64,000 bases of DNA, from the NCBI RefSeq assembly GCF_021028975.2, contig NC_059425.1, positions 22,382,001 to 22,446,000 of the forward strand, given 5' to 3'. Both the position numbers and the translations under genes were made by a program. The stretch is from Sphaerodactylus townsendi. Lineage: Eukaryota. The notes beneath the pieces were generated by a model. That model was not told the DNA's origin, did not search any database, and was given only the letters and a program-made list of their open reading frames with translations. This document shows, piece after piece, positions 54,464 through 64,000 of this stretch (positions within the stretch are counted from its first letter, which is position 1; each line of letters begins with the position of its first letter).

Positions 54464-57400
54464 ATGTCCCAAGCCACAAAGCGTAAGCATGTGGTGAAAG
54501 AAGTCCTAGAGGAGTTCGTGATTCCTTCAGAGCGGCAGCAGATTGTCCGGGTGAGAAAAGGGGGCCTGCACTGTGCCATCTGGGATGGTTATGGCTCTCT
54601 GTGCTTTCCGTATTGAGCTGGATTCAGATTGGTATCTCTTGTGTTCTGGGCCCTGGCTGCACATGTAGTGGGCCATAGGGTCGTTCAATGGTTTTTGGTC
54701 TACCTCTCTTGGTAGCAGATTAAAGGTTGCACAAAAAAAATATATTGAGCCAGTGAACATAGCTGGGCCCAAGACAGAGACCTGTGATACTTCTGGTGTT
54801 TGTAGACATGCTTAGGAACCTTCTAAGGCAGGGGTGGGCAATTATTTTTTCCATGGGGCCACATAAGAAACAGAAAATATTGTGGAGGGCCGGGCCAAAA
54901 GGCAGGGGGGCGAGGCGCTTGACTTGCAGAAGCCGGCGCTGGCGCAACCGGGCTTCAAGCGGGTTTTTTCAAATAATACCTTTGCTCCCCAGCAAGCGGG
55001 TGGGGTGGGGTCTCCTCTCGCAGGAAGCCGGGCAGCCAAGGCGTTAAACCGGCTTCATGCGGGCTTTCTAAAGGCGCTTTGCTCCCCAGCAAGGCGGCGC
55101 TCTCGCGAGCCGGCAAGCTGGCTGCAACCGCTTCGCGGCTTCAAAGGCGCCTCGCTCCCCAGCACTGCAGGGGGGCCAGTCAGGGTCATCCGGCGGGCCG
55201 GATGTGGCCCCCGGGCCATATAATGCCCAGGTCTGTTCTAAGGCAAGGTTTTTCAGATGCACAGTGTGTTGGTCTGTGGAAGCAAACCAAAAGTAAGGTC
55301 CAGTAGCACCTTAAGAGATGTCAGGATGACATTCCTATGGGGGGAGGGGAGCTGTGGGGATGAGCTTTGCCTTTGCTTTGCAGGTGTTTATCTGATTCCT
55401 GCCCTTGAAGCTCTGTGGTTGGGACAGACTCCCAGGCTGGACTTTCCTGTATCTTTGGTTCACATGCGGGGGGGTGGGGTGGTGGGAGGGGGGTGGATGG
55501 ATTCCTTCAACATATTATCTACAGTTTTGGCACCATCTCGCCAGAACTGTCTTTTGCTGTTACTCTGCTGTCCTTCAACCCATCAAGTGAGTTGTTCTAT
55601 GAACTGGGAGTTTGACATTAAGACAATTCTGTATCATATCACGGCCTACTTCATGCTTATATCGCGAGCTGAAGTTGTGCATGTTGTTTCGGCGATAATG
55701 GCTTGACAAGAGACCAGGACATTTTTCCAGGATACTGCCTCTTGTGGGTCACAGCTCCCTCCTTTAGATGCAAAGAATGATTTAAATGTGCTCTATATAT
55801 CTAATTCTGAAGGGTGCTCCTGCCTGCAGATGCTTAAATTCGCAGATAAGGAGCCAGAAAGATATGGAGAGGATATGGGTGAGGGATGCCAGGAGGAGTG
55901 AAGGAGAAACAGAGTGGGGAAAGGATACAAAGGAAAGTGAGGCCCCCCCTTCCCCGCAAAAAAATATTGCTACCACACAACTTTGGTATAGTTTTCCTAG
56001 GCAGGTACCTGTGTGTCGGGCAGTAGCTGAGGAAGAAGAGAAAGAAAAATATGCCTGAAAAGGGGAGAGACTATGGGGGCTTTCAGGGAAGGGGAAGAAG
56101 AAATAGTGGGGGAGGGGGAAATGAGACACCTGCCACATGTCCTTGCAAGTTCCCACTTGTTGTATATTAGGGATTGGGTCAAATGAAGAGCACACGTATG
56201 AATAGATTCCTGCCCCACCCCAGCAAATCCTCAAGACTTTCCAAAAGCTGAGGGTGAGGGTCATAGGACCTGTGTGGATAAAAAGCTGTTTTTCTTCTGC
56301 CTGCAATTATTCCTTCGGAGCAAGAAGCTCTGGTGACGCAAGAACACAGAGGGTATGATGGTACTCACACACACACACACCCCCGCCTACATTGCTTTTT
56401 GTCCATTAATTTTCCACGATCGTTAATGGAGATTTCAAGGCTTGGCGAAAGGGGGCAACTAGGAAAACAGCCCTATCTGCAGGTACCCTTCTGTGCAACC
56501 TGTATTGGACCCAGCATTACAAAATAGACCAGAATAGCTTGATCTTGTCAGTTCTCAGAAGTTAAGCGGAGTTGACTCTGGCTAGTATTTGGATGGATGA
56601 ACTCCGAGGAATACCAGGTTCCTGACACAGAGGCAATGATGGCAAACCGCCTATTGTATTAAAAACCCTTCGGGGTTACCCTAAGTGAGCTTTGACTGGA
56701 TGTAGCGGGAGGCCCTTTTTAGTGTTCACAGCCCTCCCTGTACATTACCTTGTACAACAGCCCTTTAAGGTAGGTTGCTATCTTTTACTCCAGGTGGGGG
56801 ATACAGGCTGAGAGAACACAGCTTGCCGAAGGTCACCTTTTGGGAGCTCCTGGCAGAGGGTTCAAACCAGGGCTTCTCTGATTTGACAGCTCAGTCTTTG
56901 AGCTACTATTCTGGCTCAGCTCTTATATATGGTTTCTTCTGTCTCTCCCCCCCCCCTCCAGGTGCTGGGGACTCCTGGCAATAACCTTCATGAGGTGGAG
57001 ACGCCAGAAGGGGCAAAGTTCCTTGTGAGCATGCCCACCAAATTCCGCAAGAACATTTGGATCAAGAGAGGTTGGTCTGGGCTTCTGCTGCACGGGGCGG
57101 GTGGGGTGGGGGGAATGAAGACTTCTCAGCCTTTTACCTTGCCCCCTGCCTCTGCCCAAATAGTCTGCTCCAGTCACCTCTCTCCCCCGCCCCTTCTCAG
57201 GTGACTTCCTGCTGGTGGATCCCATAGAAGAAGGGGAGAAAGTAAAAGCGGAAATCAGCTTTGTGCTGTACAAGGACCACATTTCCTATCTGAAGAAAGA
57301 AGGGTACTGGTAAGTGGGGACTCATCTGTATCCCCTCTAGGGCTAACCTATAATTTGAAGGAAGGGAAATTTAAATCAGGCAGAAACACCTTGCCTGTGT

Positions 57401-58411
57401 TTCAAATCAAATTTGGAGCCCTCCCATCCTGGGGCTGTTGCTGTAGCAGAGCTGAAAAAGAGCTTCTGTCAGCATCTGCCTTTGTTGGCTGACTGGTCTT
57501 CCTCCCCAACTGCTGTGAATTGTCTTCTTTAAAGCGTGAGCAACCCATCTCGTACAGAGGCTTCCCTTTCCCAACTCTGACCTGTCTGGATGTTAGCCTT
57601 GGCAGATCATTCAAACTTTGCCAGTGTTTCCCTGTATGGTCCCAAGCACTTTGCTGCTTTTCTGAAACGGAGCTGATGACGTCTCGTACCTTTGCATCCT
57701 GACGCTCTTCTTTGCAACACCCTCCCACCTTCTGAGGGATATAAGGGGGTCTCGGTTTCTATTGGTATCTGCCAAAAGGAGCTTTGACAAAAGAGTCAAC
57801 CCTAGCGATCAAGTTGGTCTTTAAGGTGCGACTGAACTTAAATTCCCCACTGCCTTTCCATTTTTTTAAATTTCTGCAGGCCTTCTGCCTTCTTATCTGA
57901 TGCTTCAGGAACTCAGAGCAACGCAAAAGACAGGTGAATTTGGGGGCTGGGTTGGGTTGGGGGAAGGAGATGTCTCTAAGCCTGTGTGATGACCAGAAAT
58001 TTGGGATAACGTCACAGCTTCCAAAGGGGAGCAAACGTAACCTGTTAAGGATACAAGTTGAGCAGATCTTTTGACACTATTGCATTTGACATGAAGGGGA
58101 CGGGTTGAGGAGTTGGGAGGCTGCAGGCAATAGAAGCAGGGGGCTCGGCGGCCAGCAGCCCCAGTTAAAGCTATGGTTTTCCATTGGGGTTTTTCTAAAC
58201 AAGTTGGTCTTTAAAAGCCTCTGCCATCTTAGCAGAAGCTGCTCTTACACACAATGTCACCCACAGGAACGGTGTGCCAAGCCCCCCACGTTCTGCAGGG
58301 GAAGAAGACTCCGAGGACAACGACAGTGACTTGTTTGTGAACACAAACCGCGTGAATTATGGCTACACAGAGAGCGAGGACAGCAGTGACTCAGAGGTGG
58401 ATGAGAAGTAA
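54464..58411 (+). CDS. EIF1AD: Probable RNA-binding protein EIF1AD (eIF1A domain), 167 aa
   Basis: Exons 54464-54550 ([29 protein letters not shown]), 56962-57070 ([36 protein letters not shown]), 57201-57309 ([37 protein letters not shown]), 57880-57933, 58267-58411 (...[29 protein letters not shown]); GT-AG, phases consistent. Confidence 0.96.
54829..55235. mobile_element. hAT (Charlie-type) MITE, CpG-rich
   Basis: Perfect 8-bp TSD TTCTAAGG; imperfect TIRs CAGGGGTGGGCAATTAT / CAGACCTGGGCATTAT. Confidence 0.85.
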
Positions 58412-58682
58412 CCGGGCTAGACCCTGGTGGCAGAGACCTGGGCAGAGCTTTGAATGTCCCCGCTTCTTCCTGTGGGCCGACCGTCTTTCTGGCATTCCTC
58501 CGGGGAGGCCAAATAGCATTGGAATTTTGAACAGTTGTTGTGGACATAGTGTGTGCTCTTCCGTGCTGAGCAGCATTCTCAATAGCAAAAGCTCCCTCCT
58601 TCAAGAGTGCTTTGATCTCATCTCGACTGGATGCTTCTGCTATTATTCCAGTTTATTTCCTGCCTCCTTTTTTGCCTTATTT

Positions 58683-58688
58683 AATAAA
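58683..58688 (+). terminator. Polyadenylation signal of EIF1AD
   Basis: AATAAA ~270 nt after the stop. Confidence 0.5.
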
Positions 58689-59569
58689 ATGGGGCCAACC
58701 CCAGACTTGATTGAAATGATCATAGCCTTAAAGCAGTACTAATTGCTTTCAAACAGCAACTCCTAATTACTCAGCCATCCCTTACAACAGGAGATTTCAA
58801 GATTATATAAGATTTTGGTAAAAGGGAGTGAACTCACCCAGTATTTTACGTTTGAGGACATTGAGCAAGGGGACAAGAGAGAGAGTACTTAAAAAAAGTA
58901 GTAGGGCTTTTTCTTTTAAAAATCAATCTGCAGTTCTATCCTTACCTTTCGTATGTGAAGTTTTTAAGTATACTCTTAGCAACAGTTGGGATTTTGGGAT
59001 TCTACAGCACAGATGGGAGCTACTAGTGATATCAATTGCAGAGCTGTAGAACCTGATAACTAAATTATAATGAATTACAGTAGGACATGCATTACTCTTT
59101 AAAACCAGAGGTGGCCAAAAGTCATTAAAGGATGGCTGTACTCGCTATAACCTCTTTAACTGTTAAAAACGCACATACACACCAACCTGGATAACTGTAA
59201 AAGGGGCTTGGACAGATTTATGGAGGAGAAGTCGATCTATGGCTACCAATTTTGATCCTCCTTGATCTCAGATTGCAAATGCCTTAGCAGACCAGGTGCT
59301 CGGGAGCAGCAGCAGCAGGCCATTGCTTTCACATCCTGCACGTGAGCTCCCAAAGACACCTGATGGGCTACTGCGAGTGGCAGAGTGCTGGACTAGATGG
59401 ACTCTGGTCTGATCCAGCAAGGCTCTTTCTTATGTTCTTATTTGGCATTGGGAATTAGAACACATCTGTTCCCTACTCTTCTGCCACCAGTGGCAAGAAC
59501 CCTTCCCTCATCCTTAAATGCCACTAAGCAAGCCAACATGGGCTAACCTGCTGCAATGTTCTTCTATAC

Positions 59570-60066
59570 CAGTGATGGCGAACCTTTTTGAGACCGAGTG
59601 CCCAAATTGCAACCCAAACCCCACTTATTTATTGCAAAGTGCCAACCCGGCAATTTAACCTGAATGCTGAGGTTTGAGTTTAGAAAAAACCCGGTTGGCT
59701 CCCCCCCCCCCCCTTCCTCCGCCCTCACCCGGCCGAAAGCAGGCCAGCCTGCTCTAGCCTGCAGCAAGTCCCACGTGCACCGCTCTGTGCCTCTGTAGCA
59801 TTTCTGCCTCTTCTGTGCCCCCCCCCCCCCCGCCCCGGGCAGCAGCCACCTGGAGCACAGGCACCAGGTCAGTCTCGCCATCCCAGTCCTTCCTGCTTCA
59901 CTGCGGTGCACGCACATTGTGCTCAGTGGCCCAGGCCAACCTAGATGTGTGTGTGTGTGTGGGGGTGATTTTCCACCCCCCACATGATGAACTCTGTGTG
60001 CGCGTGCCCACAGAGAGGGCTCCGTGTGCCACCTCTGGCACCCGTGCCATAGGTTCGCCATCACTG
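59570..60066 (-). mobile_element. hAT non-autonomous element (CAGTGATGGCGAACCT TIR)
   Basis: Perfect 16-bp TIRs and 8-bp TSD TTCTATAC; shares ends but not interior with 48444-49049. Confidence 0.9.
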
Positions 60067-61377
60067 TTCTATACCAACAAAGTAAATTCCTGCATCTAGA
60101 AAATTAACATATCAGAGTGACAATTTCCAGCCCAGCTAGTTATCACAGTGCAGGTAATTTTCTTTTTTCAAAAGTTCCCCCCACCCAAAAAGGAAAAAAA
60201 ATTCATAAAGACAAAAATATAATAGTGGTGGAAGAACTATACGTTTCCAAAAATGGTTCCCAAATATCTAAAAATAAGTCTGTGCACGATTGCTATCTAT
60301 AAGCCATGTGTTCAAATACTGAGAGTTCTCAAGTCCTCAATCCACTGATATACTGGAGGTTGGCTTTATATATTTCCAGTGTTGTAATAGGAGTCTTTTA
60401 GCACACAGAATCCAAGAGACAGGTAAATAAGTTCAAAAGTACACGTGGAGATAGAAAGCGCCATCAAGTCACACATGACTTCCGTTGACCCTGCAGAGTT
60501 TTCAAGGCAAGAGATTTCAGAGATGATGTGCCATCCCCAGCCTAGATGTGGACTGAGCGAGTTCTGAGAGAACTGTGGCTGGCCCAAAGTCTCCTAGCAG
60601 GCTTCATGGCGAGGAATGGAAAATCAAACCCGGTTCTCCAAATCAGAGTCCACTGCTCTTAACCACTATTGCACGCTGGCTGTTTAAACTACCTAGACAT
60701 CTGGGCGTTGTGGGTTTTCCAGGGTGTGTGGCTGTAGTCCGGTAGTTTTTGCTCCTAATGTTTCATCTGCATGTATGGCTGGCATTTTCGGAGGCATGTC
60801 CCAGTGAGATGCCAGCCACAGACGCTATCAAAACATCAGTTTTTGCCAGATCACAGCCCGGAAAACCCACAACACCCAGTTGATTCTGGCCAAGAAAGCC
60901 ATCAATACTACAGTACATAGACATCCTCAATAACCAGTGAATATTCCAATACATTTTACCAGAATACATGTATTAGAATGCATTTAATTTTCCTTTGCGT
61001 GCAGTGACCTGCTATCATATCTGCTATTCTCTACTTAGTCTGTAAAAACTTTTGCCATCTTCCTTTATCTCTGCCCCGGTTCTGCTCTACCGTAACTGTT
61101 CAAATACTGCCAGCCTATAGGAGCAGAGTCTGAACAGCTCTACCCTCCCCTCCCACAGCCAGTGAGGGTGAGAGCTGGCTCATCTAACAGATCTGTTTTC
61201 AGCCTGGTCTTTTAATGCACATGTGTTCCCTGTGAGATGAATGCCAATCCAAGATCAAAAATTTAGGGAAAACAGTGCCCTTTTTAAAAAAAAAGGGGGG
61301 GGGGGGAAATCAGAACATTATTTCACCTCACGGGCAACATAAGGAAGAGCCTTGACTACAAACGAGAAGTAGCTACT

Positions 61378-61383
61378 TTTATT
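61378..61383 (-). terminator. Polyadenylation signal of SART1
   Basis: TTTATT on + strand (AATAAA on -), ~300 nt past the stop. Confidence 0.6.
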
Positions 61384-61676
61384 CTATTTTGGTTTCACAT
61401 AAAATAAACTAACACCAAAGGGCGTCGTCAGAAACTCAGCTCCACAAGTATATACAAAGATACCGCCCTCCCTTCTGCACATCTGGAAGGAAACAGCTGA
61501 TCAGTTTGCTCAAGTGTCTGTTGTGTGCAGGCAATACATCTTGCTGTCCAGATTCCAACCGTCTCCAAAGATCCAAGTGTTCTGTATTGTGTCCCAGGCA
61601 CAGACCTGCTCTGCAAAGGGTCAGTGAGAGAGCAAGATCTAAGGCCCAACTCCAAATAGATGTGGACGTCAGAGTC

Positions 61677-63567
61677 TCACTTGGTGATGGTGTTTCTGTG
61701 GAGAAAAGGAGAGGAAACAGTTAGTATCTAAATGGCCCTCATGACAAGCCAAGAACCCTCATTCCCAGAGCACTGAACCCAGAGAAGCTGGGGAAAAAGG
61801 TAATCTGGTCAAGTTTCTGCCTTGGGCAGACAGAGGTTAAGAGGAAAAATGGGAAGGCATTGGGGGAGTGAGCGATCTGGAAACAGCAGGTGGTGCAACA
61901 GCTCACAAGAGAGGTAATTTAGACCAGAGCAATGATCTGGAAGGGGAATGTCTAGGAGTCCTGAGGAAGTAGCAAGTGGGGTGATCTAAGTGCCAGGAAG
62001 TCTTCCCTAAAAGCTCTCCATCATTGTTCAGTGAGCAGCACCATGCTGGCAGGGGATGATGGGAATTGTAGTCCATAACATCTGGAGGGCTGCGAGTTTG
62101 ACACCTGTGCCTTACAGGGTTGTCATATGGATGGCCATGAATGTAAACACCTAGTATTCGAACTGTGCTTCTGTCATGCATACTTTTGGTGTAGTGCAAG
62201 AAATGTGAGGCTGTGTGAAGTCAGGCTGGCTGTTCCAGCACATGATGGAGCCAGGTGGGTGTGTGGGGACGACGGCGATGACACACAACACAAATCTTTA
62301 TAGACTTGTGAAAAGGTCAGCTCCCCTACTCCACAACACATCCCCCACAGACGTGACATCACCTGCTCTGGAGCCAGTGTGTTCTAGTGGATCAAGTCTG
62401 GACTGAAGTCCCCACTGAGCTAGGAGGCCTACTCTACCTCAAAGGAGGATGAGACAAGGGAAAAGAGAAAGCCATAGATGATACTTGGAGTTCCTTGGAG
62501 ACAGAGCCAAGCGAGAACAGCTGCTTCACAGCTGCATTTCACAGAGAAGCTGCCCCTGGACTCACTTAAAGCACGGTAGCGAAACAGCCGCTGAATCAGA
62601 ATGGCAAGAGGCACCAGCTGAGGTAGAATCACACAATCATAGAGTTGGAAGAGACCCCAAGGGTCATCAAATCCAACGCCCTGCCATGCAGGAACACATA
62701 ACCAAAGCACTCCTGACAGATGGCCATCCAGCCTCTCTTTGGAAACCTCCAAAGAAGGAAACTCCACCACACTCCGAGGCAGTGCATTCCACTGTCGAAC
62801 AGCCTTTACTGTCAGGAAGTGTTTTCTGATGTTAGGTGGAATCTCTTTTCCTTCCCCTTGAACCCATTACTCCTGGTCCTAGTCTTTGGAGAAGCAGAAA
62901 ATAAGCTTGCTCCCTCACCAACATGACATCTCTTCAGATATCTAAACACGGCTATCATGTCACCTTTTGACCTTCTCTTCACCAAACTGAACATCCCCAG
63001 CTCCCTAAGTCTCTCCTTGTAGGGCATGGATTCCAGACCTTTTATCATTTTGGGTTCCTCCACAAACAGCAAGTCCCATTTGGACCACACAGCCCCAGAT
63101 AACCCCCCTGAGCCCATCCTTACGCGTTCATGCTCTTGCCGCTGCCACTCAGCACAATGTATGGCGTCTTCTGGGCCTTCTGCTTCTCCTGCAGCAAAGC
63201 CACAGTGCCCAGAGGGGTGTCGCTGGAGCTCATCTTCTTCAAGAGCTGGAGGGGGGCGGGGCAGGAGACAAACAAGATCAGCATCGCCCCTTCCCCAGAC
63301 TCTTGCTTATACTTGATCCTTCTCTCTAGTGAACACCAGAGGAACCCTAACAGGAGGGACACCCATCAGCTTCCCAAGGGAACAGCATTCCTCCTAATAT
63401 CTCAGGGTTTCATTCTGTGGTCCAGGTGGGCTCTAACTAGCTGGGCACTGCACTCTCTCTCTCCCCGGCTCACTCACCGCCTCCTCGTCCAATTTCTTCA
63501 TACGCCGCTCCGTCTTCATCTTGCCAGAACCTTTGCCGTGGAACCGGTGGGAGAGCTGCCGGAATGC
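61677..63567 (-). CDS. SART1: U4/U6.U5 tri-snRNP-associated protein 1 (last three exons; gene continues beyond right edge)
   Basis: Minus-strand exons 63567-63478 ([30 protein letters not shown]), 63245-63124 ([40 protein letters not shown]), 61695-61677 (ANTITK*); matches recalled SART1 C-terminus. Confidence 0.97.
62625..63060 (-). mobile_element. CR1 LINE 3' fragment
   Basis: [43 protein letters not shown]; ATTCT-type tail; shorter 3' ends at ~16010-16150 and ~30875-30960. Confidence 0.88.
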
Positions 63568-63759
63568 CTGGAGTTGAAACGCAGAAGGGGGAAGAAGTGA
63601 GCAAGGCAGGTGGGCTGAGCAGAAGGCAGGGGTCCGGAGACAAGTTGTCCGAAAGCTGGTGCAAAATGCAGCAGCTAGGCTGCTGGTGGGCCAACCTGGC
63701 CTGTTGCATATAACGGCAGCTTCAAAAGAATTGCACTGACTCCCTATTCGCTATTCAAG

Positions 63760-64000
63760 GTATGGACAATTGTAGTTAAAGCCCTAAATGGCTTGGGTCG
63801 CACCTACCTAAAGAAGCGCATTCGCCCATATGACCTAGCCCGTGCACTGAGGTCAAGTGGGGAGGGCCCTCCTGGTGATCCCCTCTGATGCCAAGGTGTG
63901 GCAGGAGGGGGTATATGGGAGGGCTTTTTCTGTGGCAGGCCCCAAGCTGTGGAACTGCCCCCCCTGCCGAAATTCACCAGGTGCCTACACTTCATGGATT
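63760..64000 (+). mobile_element. L2 LINE fragment
   Basis: KALNGLGRTYLKKRIRPYDLARALRSSGEG resembles the L2 C-terminus. Confidence 0.7.

Noticed and set aside
58231-58329. Alternative TAGCAG acceptor for the last EIF1AD exon
   Set aside because: Out of frame with the conserved DLFVNTNR C-terminus; the acceptor at 58266 keeps the frame

Overview
Eukaryotic genomic DNA from a squamate reptile, gecko-like judging by Squam3-type and 5S/Sauria-type SINEs, CR1/L2/RTE/Penelope LINEs and hAT MITEs. The window corresponds to part of human 11q12-q13. Five spliced genes can be rebuilt by hand from homology and splice signals: TAF6L (- strand, 5' part, runs off the left edge), BANF1 (+, complete, 89 aa), cathepsin F CTSF (+, 14 exons, ~473 aa), EIF1AD (+, 167 aa) and SART1 (-, last three exons). 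Most ORFs in the supplied track are noise or transposon fragments. Top finding: the first three CTSF exons encode a signal peptide plus a motif-complete type-2 cystatin (QVVNG, PW, 4 Cys, cystatin-type intron positions). Reading into intron 3 gives an in-frame stop with AATAAA 4 nt later, so the gene may make both a protease zymogen and a free secreted cystatin. CTSF also lies directly downstream of BANF1, where mammals have CST6. There are two N gaps and indel-rich patches (TAF6L first coding exon, ~13-16.4 kb), which are probably assembly artefacts. Protein and repeat-family identifications come from recall, not database searches.
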